Below, piece by piece: positions 55,565-64,000 of a stretch of DNA of 64,000 nucleotides. Origin of the DNA: an uncultured Candidatus Saccharibacteria bacterium. Its GTDB lineage: Bacteria > Patescibacteriota > UBA1384 > XYA2-FULL-43-10 > 1-14-0-10-43-13. The position numbers were made by a program, and so were the translations under genes. The notes below the pieces were generated by a model, which was not told the origin of the DNA, searched no databases, and saw only the letters and a program-made list of their open reading frames with translations. The stretch covers positions 2,491-66,490 of the forward strand of contig CAZVMH010000005.1 of assembly GCA_964628585.1 (NCBI GenBank), in the 5' to 3' direction. Numbering within the stretch: position 1 is the stretch's first letter; each line of letters begins with the position of its first letter.

Positions 55565-56977
55565 GTGACTAAAACAAAAAGAGCAATCGAGATAGGAGCT
55601 TTTTCTTTCTTGGGGCTATGTGTAATTGTAGCCTTTCTTTTGTTCGGCTACCAAGTTGCGTATGCGAATAAGATTTATCATAATATTGAAGTGGCTGGCA
55701 TAGATTTATCTGGAAAGACTAAAGAAGAAGCAAAAAATTTAATTACTGAAAAATACGCCCAGGTTTTAGATGATGAATTTGCTCTAAAAGCCAATGAAAA
55801 AGAAATTAAAGCTAAGCTTTCTGATACAGGTCTAAATATTAATATTGATCAAACAATTGACGAAGCTTATAATACTGGCCGTGGAAATAAGTTTTTTAGA
55901 CAGCTTATTTCGTCTGCAAACACTCTATTCGTAAAACAGAAACTTCCCATAGCTCCAATAATTGAGCAAGAAAAATATGATAATTTTATAAAAATTGCCG
56001 TATTACAGTTTAATTCCGAACCACAAAATGCCAGTTTAACAGTCGAGCAGGGTCAAATTAAGGAAGTTCCCGAAAAGGCAGGAGTTGCTGTCAATATTCT
56101 AAGCCTCGATCAACAAATTCTTGGGCTTATTAATGAAAATGAGATCAAAGAAATTGCACTTAACGCCGAAACTATTGTTCCAGCCATCAAAGTAGCCGAT
56201 TTTTCTGTAGCGAAGGATTATGCCAACAACATTCTAGCCAAGACCTTTACTTTCACATATGAAGATAAAAAATATTCTCCAACAAAGAATGAAATCGGAA
56301 ACTGGATTAAATTTACGACCGTGGATGGAAAAACTTCTGGCAGTCTAAGTCGTGACGCTGTTAGCGCCTATATTAATAAAATTGCCCAAAATTTTGAAAT
56401 AATTAAAAAAGATCGAAAAATAAATTCTGCTGATAATTCAGTTATAGAAGAAGGGCAAGAGGGTAAATTATGTGATAAGAATGCTGCTCTTGCTTCAGTT
56501 TTCAGTCAAGTGAATAATTCAGATAATATTTCTGTATCGCTTGCAACTTATGCCGTTACTATAAATGAAATACGGGTAATGCCAAATGAGGGATTTGTTC
56601 CTGGCAGATTTCCTGGAAGATATATTGATATTGATTTAGCTACTCAAAGACTTTGCCAGATTGAAGGCAATAGTGTTGGAACTTGCTATACCATATCTTC
56701 CGGTAAAGCCAGCATGCCCACCCCGACTGGTACTTTTTCCATTACAGGCAAAGACCCTCGTGCTTTTTCAAGTAAATATGGTCTCTATATGCCCTGGTGG
56801 CAACAGTTCAACGGCCCCTATGGTATTCATGAGCTACCAGAGACCAACACATGGAAAGAAGTGCCAGATCACCTAGGAACACCAGTTTCTCACGGTTGTG
56901 TTCGTCTTGGTGTTGGACCAGCTCAGGATGTTTATAACTGGACATCTATTGGGACGCCAGTTTACATACACAAATAA
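55565..56977 (+). CDS. L,D-transpeptidase (YkuD domain) protein with an N-terminal TM anchor and a large extracytoplasmic region.
   Basis: C-terminal catalytic domain ISSGKASMPTPTGTFSITGKDPRAFSSKYGLYMPWWQQFNGPYGIHE...SHGCVRL (His/Cys catalytic pair). Confidence 0.85.
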   Translation: MTKTKRAIEIGAFSFLGLCVIVAFLLFGYQVAYANKIYHNIEVAGIDLSGKTKEEAKNLITEKYAQVLDDEFALKANEKEIKAKLSDTGLNINIDQTIDEAYNTGRGNKFFRQLISSANTLFVKQKLPIAPIIEQEKYDNFIKIAVLQFNSEPQNASLTVEQGQIKEVPEKAGVAVNILSLDQQILGLINENEIKEIALNAETIVPAIKVADFSVAKDYANNILAKTFTFTYEDKKYSPTKNEIGNWIKFTTVDGKTSGSLSRDAVSAYINKIAQNFEIIKKDRKINSADNSVIEEGQEGKLCDKNAALASVFSQVNNSDNISVSLATYAVTINEIRVMPNEGFVPGRFPGRYIDIDLATQRLCQIEGNSVGTCYTISSGKASMPTPTGTFSITGKDPRAFSSKYGLYMPWWQQFNGPYGIHELPETNTWKEVPDHLGTPVSHGCVRLGVGPAQDVYNWTSIGTPVYIHK

Positions 56978-57058
56978 TCATAATTATAGGGCAGTATTTA
57001 GTACAAAACAAAAAACACTCCATGGCTTGAGTGTTTTTTAGATCATATTATTAAAAAT

Positions 57059-59632
57059 TTAGACGATATCGTTTGCAGTAATGGTGATTGAATCACCTTT
57101 TTTTAATTCGTTGGATAAGATTTTACTCGCGAGTAGATTTTCAACTTTGTCTTGGATTGCTCGCTCCATTGGTCTAGCCCCCATTTGTGGATCATATCCA
57201 ATCTTGGCCAGCTTAGCTACGGCAGGTGCATCAATAGCAATCGTAATGCCTTTGTTCTCAATCATTGTTTTTTTCAAGCGATTTATCATTAGACCGGCAA
57301 CTTGAACAATTTCCGGTTCCGAAAGTGGTGAAAAAACAATTACGGAAGTAAATCGGTTTAAAAATTCAGATCGATAAATACTTTCTTGTTGTAAATATTC
57401 AAGGAGTGCTTTTTTGACACTTTCGTAATCTTGACTACTTCTGACCGCTTCACGAATTAAATTCGAACCCGCGTTTGAGGTCGCAATTACGATATTATTT
57501 GTAAAAGAAACTTTTCGACCAAAACCGTCTGTTATAAACCCTTCATCTAAAAGTTGCAGGAACAAATCAAGAATATCTTTATGGGCTTTTTCTATTTCAT
57601 CAAACAATAATAACGAAAATGGATTTTCGCGAATAGCAGTTGTAAGTGAACCTTGTAGCTCTTCTCCCAAAACATTGCCACCAATTAACCTGTAGATATC
57701 TTCTTTATTCTGATACTCCGACATATCAAGACGAACCATTGAACCCTCAGAACCAAAATATGCTCGCGATAGTGCTTTAGCTGTTTCTGTTTTACCAACA
57801 CCGGTTGGACCCAAGAAAAGAAATGTACCTATCGGTTTTTTACCGCCTGATACGCCTGCTCTGGCTCGACGTAAAGCATTAGACACTGCCAAAATTGCTT
57901 CATTCTGACCAATTACGCTCTCATGTAAATATTTATCAAGATTAATTAATTTTTCTTTCTCAACATCACTCGCTTCACCGGCCGGAACCTGATATTTTGC
58001 CGTGATGTATGAATCAACATCTTTTGGCATAATTATGGTTTTGCCTCGCTCTATTACGGCATGAGTAGCAACGCTGTCTAAAAGATTGATTGATTTTTCG
58101 GGGTTTGGAATATTTTGAATATATTTTTCGGCATCCGCTACAATTTGCTTTATCGCCTCATATGAAACAACTGATTTTGTCTTTTGTTCGATATGCGGGA
58201 TTACATCTTCAAGAATACGAATCATTTCATCTCCGCTAGGCTCTTCAACATTTACCCTGGTAAATCTCTGCATTAAAGCAGTATTAGAAACAATATAGCG
58301 GTTAAAGTTTGCCATGTCACAACTTGCTAATACATGAATATTCTCCATGTCTAAAAATGGTATTAATACTTCCGTAGCGTCAATCTTGCCAGCATCACCA
58401 GAAGAAAGAAGATTTTGAATATTTTCTATATACATGATAATGTTTCCAGCAGCTGCCACTTCGCTCAAAACTCCAGAAATACGCTCTGTCACCTCTGACG
58501 GGTTAGAAACACCAGCCATTAGATAATCAATATCAATTTGGACGATGTGTTCAAAATCAAGTTGAGAAAAAGTTTGACCCTCAAGTACTTTCTTGGCGAA
58601 ACCTAAAACAGCGGTTCTTTTGCCCACACCTGGCTCACCAACGAGGATGGCATTTCCACCGTTCTGACGCAAAAGCGATTCTTTAATTTCATTAATTTCT
58701 TTTTCGTGACCAATTATTTCTAGATTTAATCCATGTTCATTAATTTGCCGTGTAATATCAACTGAAAATTGTTTTAAAAATGGAGTCCAACCAAAAGCCC
58801 AATCTCTCCCAATTCCTCCTGTTAAACGAAGACGAGAAGGATCAATAAACTGTTTTTCTTTTTGAATTTTTCTCTCAATATATGTTTGCCAATATATTAA
58901 ATTTCCTAAATCATTCAGATCTAATTTTAGATCAATTAAGAATTTTCCAACGCTTTTGTCACTTTCTGCTAAGGCATAAAGGATATCACCAATTTCAATT
59001 TGATGATGATTTTCAGCAATCGCACTATTTAGCGCGCTGATCATAATTTCAGATAGTCCCTGTTTTCCTTCACCATTTTTAATATAATTTTCGATCGTTT
59101 CTCTCCCAATACCTAAACGAAAGAGAATAAAATTCATATCGGGCGAAGATAAAATAGCAAGTGCTAAATCAGTAGTGGTTGAATCGAGCCCCTCTGGCAG
59201 ATAGGTAAAAGCCTTAGCTGACTCAAATGATAAAACTTGAAAAAGATTAAATTTCTTGCCATCTTTAATGGTTTTTAATATTTCTTCTAATGAATAAGGC
59301 TCTGGTCGTTTTGCTTTCGAAAAATAAAAACTACGATCAGCTAAATAAAATAGAAAAAACGCAACTGTGACAAGTGATAGACCAAAAAGTCTTGTAGAGT
59401 CTAGGTTATGAAGTAGATAGTAATCAATTATGACAGCAATGGAGGCAACTCCAACAAGCCAAATAATAAATGAAATAAAACGAAAAATTGGATTACGAAA
59501 ACGACGATCAAGCATTACCGCTTCGCCAATAATTGTTCCCTCCATTTTCATTTCAACATTATTCATCCTGTGACAATTAATTGAATGCCCCAGATTGCAA
59601 TTCCTAATAAAACAATTGGGTATAATAACCAA
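57059..59632 (-). CDS. Membrane-anchored Clp/Hsp100-family double-ring AAA+ ATPase (ClpC/ClpB-like, no long M-domain). Two N-terminal TM helices precede Clp_N repeats.
   Basis: TMs (IFRFISFIIWLVGVASIAVIIDYYLL; LFGLSLVTVAFFLFYL). Clp_N-like repeats. D1 Walker A GEPGVGKRTAV with an atypical Walker B IIMYIENIQ (EN instead of DE). D2 Walker A GPTGVGKTETAKAL, Walker B LLLFDEIEKAH, and sensor TDGFGRKVSFTNNIVIATSN. Confidence 0.85.
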   Translation of the reverse strand: MVIIPNCFIRNCNLGHSINCHRMNNVEMKMEGTIIGEAVMLDRRFRNPIFRFISFIIWLVGVASIAVIIDYYLLHNLDSTRLFGLSLVTVAFFLFYLADRSFYFSKAKRPEPYSLEEILKTIKDGKKFNLFQVLSFESAKAFTYLPEGLDSTTTDLALAILSSPDMNFILFRLGIGRETIENYIKNGEGKQGLSEIMISALNSAIAENHHQIEIGDILYALAESDKSVGKFLIDLKLDLNDLGNLIYWQTYIERKIQKEKQFIDPSRLRLTGGIGRDWAFGWTPFLKQFSVDITRQINEHGLNLEIIGHEKEINEIKESLLRQNGGNAILVGEPGVGKRTAVLGFAKKVLEGQTFSQLDFEHIVQIDIDYLMAGVSNPSEVTERISGVLSEVAAAGNIIMYIENIQNLLSSGDAGKIDATEVLIPFLDMENIHVLASCDMANFNRYIVSNTALMQRFTRVNVEEPSGDEMIRILEDVIPHIEQKTKSVVSYEAIKQIVADAEKYIQNIPNPEKSINLLDSVATHAVIERGKTIIMPKDVDSYITAKYQVPAGEASDVEKEKLINLDKYLHESVIGQNEAILAVSNALRRARAGVSGGKKPIGTFLFLGPTGVGKTETAKALSRAYFGSEGSMVRLDMSEYQNKEDIYRLIGGNVLGEELQGSLTTAIRENPFSLLLFDEIEKAHKDILDLFLQLLDEGFITDGFGRKVSFTNNIVIATSNAGSNLIREAVRSSQDYESVKKALLEYLQQESIYRSEFLNRFTSVIVFSPLSEPEIVQVAGLMINRLKKTMIENKGITIAIDAPAVAKLAKIGYDPQMGARPMERAIQDKVENLLASKILSNELKKGDSITITANDIV

Positions 59633-59967
59633 ATTATAAAAACTATCGAAATTATTACTAATGTACTAAAAAAAGCCACCGCAAAAGTGATCACTGTAAA
59701 TATTTTTATTAATGCACCAATAATACGAGAGCTTAAATTTAGAGTCCAAACTTCAAACTTTTCCCTGAGAGAAAGTCCTTCATAACTGACCCTGTCTCTC
59801 TTCCATGGCGCAAACAGGGTGGTTAGGCAAATTTTGACTGAAAAAAGATCGGCTAAATAGATTAAAAATTGCCGAAAGAACTTAATAAGACGATGGTAGA
59901 GTTCAAAGTACCACCAGCTAAAAAATGCTGAGCTTAAAATTGCACTCCCCTCCATAAAGTACCTCAA
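59563..59967 (-). CDS. Small integral membrane protein (134 aa, about 3-4 TM) immediately upstream of, and overlapping, the Clp ATPase gene.
   Basis: Hydrophobic helices. 70-bp overlap with the 5' end of 57059-59632. The true Clp start may be the downstream Met (MKMEG...). Confidence 0.45.
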   Translation of the reverse strand: MRYFMEGSAILSSAFFSWWYFELYHRLIKFFRQFLIYLADLFSVKICLTTLFAPWKRDRVSYEGLSLREKFEVWTLNLSSRIIGALIKIFTVITFAVAFFSTLVIISIVFIIWLLYPIVLLGIAIWGIQLIVTG

Positions 59968-60002
59968 TAAATTGATCGATTACTATTTTGTCAGACCGAT
60001 GA

Positions 60003-60224
60003 TTATTTTTTCTCTTCTTCTTCGATTTTTATTGCTCCAGCTGGACAACTATTAACAGCATCATCAATTTCATCTTTTCTAGTTTCGTCATACGGAGCAA
60101 TTACTTTTGAACGATTGGAATCGTTCATTTTGAAAAAATCTGGATGATTTTGAGCACAAGCACCACAACCAATACAAAGATCGACGTCAACAACTAGCTT
60201 ATTTGACATACCTGGTTTCCTCAC
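60003..60224 (-). CDS. Small [4Fe-4S]/[3Fe-4S] ferredoxin (73 aa).
   Basis: CIGCGACAQ...CP cluster-binding motif (DVDLCIGCGACAQNHPDFF ... AVNSCPAGAIKIEEE). Confidence 0.8.
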   Translation of the reverse strand: MRKPGMSNKLVVDVDLCIGCGACAQNHPDFFKMNDSNRSKVIAPYDETRKDEIDDAVNSCPAGAIKIEEEEKK

Positions 60225-60233
60225 TTAATTTAA

Positions 60234-60572
60234 TTATATCTTTACGGCGTATTGACCAATAACAGGGAGGGGCACCATTTTACCACCCAAAGCGTTTACA
60301 AGGCCCATAACGAAAAGAATAAAAATCAAAATTCCACCGATTGGGCCGATAATCCAGCCGATAATAGGGATGGCACTTACTATGCTTATCGCTACTGCGG
60401 CAACACAAAGTGCGATGCCCTGTCTTGCATGATACTGAGCAAATGGTGAATTTGGTTTTGCAAGAAGCGGAACCAAGAATAAAATACCTAAATATCCGAT
60501 TGCAGCGATCGCTTTGTTTTCCTCAACATCACTACCACCCGATGTTGGTGCTTTTTTCTCTTCTTCATTCAT
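60234..60572 (-). CDS. DUF4870/TM2-like small membrane protein.
   Basis: KAIAAIGYLGILFLVPLLAKPNSPFAQYHARQGIALCVAAVAISIV is the characteristic DUF4870 pattern. Confidence 0.6.
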   Translation of the reverse strand: MNEEEKKAPTSGGSDVEENKAIAAIGYLGILFLVPLLAKPNSPFAQYHARQGIALCVAAVAISIVSAIPIIGWIIGPIGGILIFILFVMGLVNALGGKMVPLPVIGQYAVKI

Positions 60573-60734
60573 GTGTCTCCTTTAATTAGTCTAATAGTTA
60601 ATTCAATTATAACAACATTTTTCGCTTTTTGAAAATATCAAATACAAATACTTGATTTAATATGATATAATTATGGTGTAATATCCTTAATTAATCCGTC
60701 TCCGCCGATTGGCGGCTGACGAGAAGGAGATTGT

Positions 60735-60941
60735 ATGAAAATGAGTGCAATGGGCTGGATTACCTTTGTGCTAGTTATCATTGGTGCACTTAACTGGGGC
60801 TTAGTCGGTTTTTTTGATTGGGATTTGGTCAAAGCCATTTTTGGCGACATGACTACGGCTTCTAGAGTAGTTTATGATATTGTTGGCCTTTCTGCTCTCT
60901 GGATGATTGTCAGTGCTATGATGAAGGGTAGCGAAGAATAA
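60735..60941 (+). CDS. DUF378-family small membrane protein.
   Basis: MSAMGWITFVLVIIGALNWGLVGFFDWDLV is the DUF378 signature (GALNWG). SD GAAGGAGAttgtATG. Confidence 0.75.
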   Translation: MKMSAMGWITFVLVIIGALNWGLVGFFDWDLVKAIFGDMTTASRVVYDIVGLSALWMIVSAMMKGSEE

Positions 60942-60961
60942 AGTTCAATAGAAAAACCGCC

Positions 60962-62073
60962 TTGAACAGTAAGGTGGTTTTTCTATTACTAACAACAAAA
61001 TGGTATAATTATAAAGTGATAAAAGAAAAGATAATAGCTCTCAAAGAATATTTTGCTTCTTGGTCTAAGTTTCAAATTTGGCTTGGGATTATTTTTGTGG
61101 TTACGCTTTTTACTGGAAGCACTCTTGCATTTTACAACAACCAACAGAAAAAAAGGCTTTTCAAATTGAAGAAACTAGTATACTTGATACAAGTTCAGGC
61201 AATAATACTGTAGGCAGTACGAATCCCAGTATTCAACCGGATTCTTCAGTCTCAAGCTCAACTTCTAATAATGGTTCGGCATCAACACAAAGTTCGTCCC
61301 CCAAAAACAATATCTCTTCTGGAAATAGTGACAATGAAAACAGTAGCACCAGTGGTGATAATAGCGAAAGCACACCTGTTAACAATCCAACTCCACCCGA
61401 AGTTCTTTCGGCTACTGTTGCCTTTTATGCTGATTCACAAACTGACAATAATCCAGTAGGAGAAGAAGAAAATCATCAAAGAGTTGTTAACTATATTCTC
61501 GGCACAAGCGCTAATCCGATTTTCCATGTCGGAGACTTAATGGAAGATGGAACTCAAGCAAGTCTAGATTCTTTTAATGCTGTTACAACAACATTGCGAG
61601 CAAGTCGGTCCTTTTATAGTGCTATTGGCAATAATGAACGTAACTCCTCTCTCTATTTCAATAATTTTATTTTTCCCAACAACGAAAAATGGTATTCGGT
61701 TAATATTGGCAATCTTCACATGATTATTTTAGATAGCGTCTATTCAGCATCCGATCCAAGTCAACTTTCATGGTTACAGTCAGATCTTCAAAGTGCCGCT
61801 TCACAAAACAGAATAACCGGAGTAATGTATCATTATCCAACTTACTCCAATACAATCGGAAGTATCCTCACGAATAATAATGTTGACTTTGTTGTGGCTG
61901 GTCATAACCATTTCTACGCCCATACAACATCAAACGGAGTTCATTATTTCGTTTGTAGTGGTCAACAATCAATTGGCTACCTACTAGCTAAAGTTTATTC
62001 TAGTACTATTTCAATTAGCGCCTATAATAGTTCTAATGGCTTGATTGAAACGATTAGTATCCCAAACCGATAA
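60962..62073 (+). pseudogene. Metallophosphoesterase (purple-acid-phosphatase-like), apparently interrupted by a +1/-2 frameshift at an A7 homopolymer (61148-61154). The upstream frame encodes an N-terminal signal anchor. The downstream frame (61078-62073) encodes an S/N-rich linker plus the catalytic domain.
   Basis: Frame A: ...IWLGIIFVVTLFTGSTLAFYNNQQKKRL.. (TM anchor), stopping at 61213. Frame B: ...SSGNNTVGSTNPSIQPDSSVSSS... then FHVGDLMEDG, AIGNNERN, VAGHNHFYAH (phosphoesterase motifs). One extra A in the run would fuse the frames in the correct order. Confidence 0.55.
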
Positions 62074-62074
62074 T

Positions 62075-62503
62075 TTATTTTTCATCTAGTGTTTTTGCCC
62101 AGGTGGAGGCACGCTCTAATTCGCCATCGAAAAGTGGGCCATCTTTGCCTTTGACATAGAATGCTTCTGGCTTAATAACGATGTCAGCTCCAGCTCGTTC
62201 TAAGTTTTTGGCGATTTTTTCTTTAGCGTCTCCGTGAATGAAAAGCTTGACTCGAGTATCAAAAGCAGTTGCTTTTAGGGCCTTTAAATCATCACTCCCA
62301 AAAGAGTTAAGAAAAGCCATAACAGAAGGTAGTGGCATCCAACCATTAATGGGAGAACCAACAACAAGCAATTCGATACCTTTTAGATCGGATTTTTGAA
62401 AATCACCCACCAATTTGGCTTCACCATCAAGTGTCTTTGCAATTGCTTCAGCAATTTTTTTAGTATTGCCAAAAGCTGAATCGTAAATAACCAATGTTTT
62501 CAT
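62075..62503 (-). CDS. Flavodoxin-like fold protein.
   Basis: MKTLVIYDSAFGNTKKIAEAIAKTL is the flavodoxin FMN-binding N-terminal motif. About 140 aa. Confidence 0.75.
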   Translation of the reverse strand: MKTLVIYDSAFGNTKKIAEAIAKTLDGEAKLVGDFQKSDLKGIELLVVGSPINGWMPLPSVMAFLNSFGSDDLKALKATAFDTRVKLFIHGDAKEKIAKNLERAGADIVIKPEAFYVKGKDGPLFDGELERASTWAKTLDEK

Positions 62504-62512
62504 ATTTTTTCT

Positions 62513-62884
62513 TTAATCGTAATATTTCTTGTCATGAATACAAAATGTGCCTTGATCCGACTGCCATTTTTTACATTCAATCTTAACAAACTTTTCAATT
62601 CCTTTGTCTCGAATATTTTCTAAATTTTCAATTTCACTCATACCATATTTTAATTTATACCTTTTGTCCAGACGTTTTAGTCGTTCACAGGGAAATTGAA
62701 TACACTCAAAACAAAACTCTCCTTTTCTGTGTTTACACAATCTAATTCCACACTTTATCGGGCGGTTATTGACTTTTCTGCCAGAGAAACAACCTGGGCA
62801 TTTGTTTTCTGCTCTTAAGTAGTGAAGACAAAGCCCGCAATTCATACCACATGTTGCAATAAGTTTTTTATTTATTTTTTCCAT
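62513..62884 (-). CDS. Cysteine-rich small protein (DUF3795-like, putative Zn/Fe-S binding).
   Basis: CGMNCGLCLHY...CPGC...CGIRLC...CFECIQFPCERL. 14 Cys in 123 aa. Confidence 0.55.
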   Translation of the reverse strand: MEKINKKLIATCGMNCGLCLHYLRAENKCPGCFSGRKVNNRPIKCGIRLCKHRKGEFCFECIQFPCERLKRLDKRYKLKYGMSEIENLENIRDKGIEKFVKIECKKWQSDQGTFCIHDKKYYD

Positions 62885-62887
62885 CTT

Positions 62888-63421
62888 CTAGTTTTTTTTG
62901 AACCAGAAAGAAAATGCTAATAAGTAAACAATGACGCTAAGAGCGCTCCATACAAATGTATTTGGAGAAAAACTATTACTGATGAATAATTTCCAAAAAA
63001 CAAGGTAGCCTATAGCACCAATACTGTCACCAATTAAACAGTACTTCCAACTATATCCTGAAATGACTTTATCTTTTTGAGATATTCTATCCCAAATAAG
63101 ATAAATTGCAAATATAATAAAAAGCCAGAAAAAATAGCTTGGGTTATCTGCCGTAGAGGTATTTAAAAGTCTTGAAAAAGAGAACAAAACAGCAAAATCT
63201 AGAACCAGAACATTCCTGTTATATTTTTCATCTGAGTAAGTATGATGAGAATAAATCCAATCAATTACTAAAACGGCATAAGCAAAAAAGAATCGAAAAT
63301 AATCAAATGGTGTTTTGGCTATATCAAAAAAATTGAATCCGTAGGCAAAAACAACACCATACATAACATTAATTAGACTCAAATCCAGTTTAAAATTATT
63401 TACGCTTTTTGCTCGTTTCAA
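62888..63421 (-). CDS. Integral membrane protein (177 aa, about 5 TM), unknown function.
   Basis: Hydrophobic helices throughout. No recognisable motif. Confidence 0.5.
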   Translation of the reverse strand: MKRAKSVNNFKLDLSLINVMYGVVFAYGFNFFDIAKTPFDYFRFFFAYAVLVIDWIYSHHTYSDEKYNRNVLVLDFAVLFSFSRLLNTSTADNPSYFFWLFIIFAIYLIWDRISQKDKVISGYSWKYCLIGDSIGAIGYLVFWKLFISNSFSPNTFVWSALSVIVYLLAFSFWFKKN

Positions 63422-63442
63422 AATCCTCCTGTAAGATTGTCT

Positions 63443-64000
63443 TTATAATTTTCCTTTATAAGTTGCCATATATAGGTTTAGTGTTTCTCCACCTGTAGAA
63501 TATGCACCACTAGAGAGACCATAATACATAATATAGTTATCAGAAGAAATCTCAACTACGTCTGGATCAACCAAAGCATTTGCTTCGTCTAAAATTTTCC
63601 CAACTTTTGCCCAGACTAAACCATCTGTTGATGTGGCTTTATATAATGCGTTTTCATTTTGATTTAGAATCGAATAATACATAATCCATTTTCCATCTTT
63701 ATATAATACATCAGGATCGACTGCTCCATCGCCTAAACGATATCCTGAGTCACGTTTCCATGTTAGGCCTTTGTCAGATGAGACCGCAGAGCCAATAGCA
63801 TTTCCACCAGAAACATAGTACATTCGAATTTTCCCATCTGAAAGCAGTACTAAATCTGGTACGGAGGCGAAATAACCATCTTCTTTGCTACTATCTATGG
63901 CAATACCAACTTTTGTAAAAGTTTTACCATCGGTCGAAGTAGCTAGATAAAGGTTTCTTTGGTTAGCTGCACTTGGTGAGGTATTACCCTGTTGTTGCCC
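63443..64000 (-). CDS. Beta-propeller glycoside-hydrolase/BNR-like protein (GH43/GH32/sialidase-like fold). The 5' end lies beyond the window.
   Basis: Repeated DGKWIMYY / YIMYYG propeller-blade motifs and DPDV repeats. The ORF stays open upstream of the listed Met to the window edge. Confidence 0.45.
   Translation of the reverse strand, partial: GQQQGNTSPSAANQRNLYLATSTDGKTFTKVGIAIDSSKEDGYFASVPDLVLLSDGKIRMYYVSGGNAIGSAVSSDKGLTWKRDSGYRLGDGAVDPDVLYKDGKWIMYYSILNQNENALYKATSTDGLVWAKVGKILDEANALVDPDVVEISSDNYIMYYGLSSGAYSTGGETLNLYMATYKGKL

Noticed and set aside
1-64000. CRISPR arrays, IS elements or transposases, integrases, rRNA genes
   Set aside because: No regularly spaced direct repeats, no transposase or integrase-like ORFs, and no rRNA-like conserved blocks were seen. 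The only mobile-element-like footprint is the 18-bp tRNA 3'-end duplicate.

Overview
This 64-kb window is AT-rich (about a third GC), gene-dense, and almost entirely minus-strand coding. The gene content (minimal tsaB, QueA/QueH, a sortase-type LPXTG protein, many lamin-tail and Fn3 surface proteins, translational ATGA overlaps) is typical of a small-genome Gram-positive-like bacterium, most likely a Patescibacteria/CPR-type organism; that is an inference. The main features are:

- **Surface-protein array (1-9950):** at least three, probably four, tandem paralogous genes for giant surface proteins. Each carries an N-terminal signal anchor, Fn3 repeats, an LVIVD-like beta-propeller and a conserved C-terminal DUF11-like module. 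The paralogs share blocks of near-identical DNA.
- **Envelope cluster (10.2-17.9 kb):** a histidine kinase and OmpR-family regulator, a secreted Gly-rich protein, membrane proteins, a parvulin PPIase and an LCP protein. A GC-atypical gene sits inside it, insulated by two terminators.
- **Housekeeping:** tsaB/tsaE, queA/queH, and yebC-ruvC ... ruvA-ruvB.
- **Sugar cassette inside the ruv operon (24.3-31.1 kb):** about 6.8 kb holding a GalT-like enzyme, three GT4 glycosyltransferases, an APH-like kinase and a phosphohexomutase.
- **comEC (32.4-34.8 kb):** split into a channel ORF and a separately exported MBL-domain ORF.
- **grpE-dnaK-dnaJ (34.9-38.9 kb):** a GC-rich island of about 400 bp sits in the grpE-dnaK spacer.
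- **Other genes:** lepA, nfo, murJ, ftsH, tilS, a membrane-anchored Clp-type AAA+ ATPase, an L,D-transpeptidase, a CAP-domain protein, small redox proteins and a frameshifted metallophosphoesterase.
- **tRNAs:** tRNA-Lys(UUU) and three CAT-anticodon tRNAs (elongator Met, initiator-like, Ile2-like). A structured GC-rich spacer and an 18-bp tRNA 3'-end duplicate lie between two of them.

No CRISPR array, rRNA, transposase or reverse transcriptase was seen.
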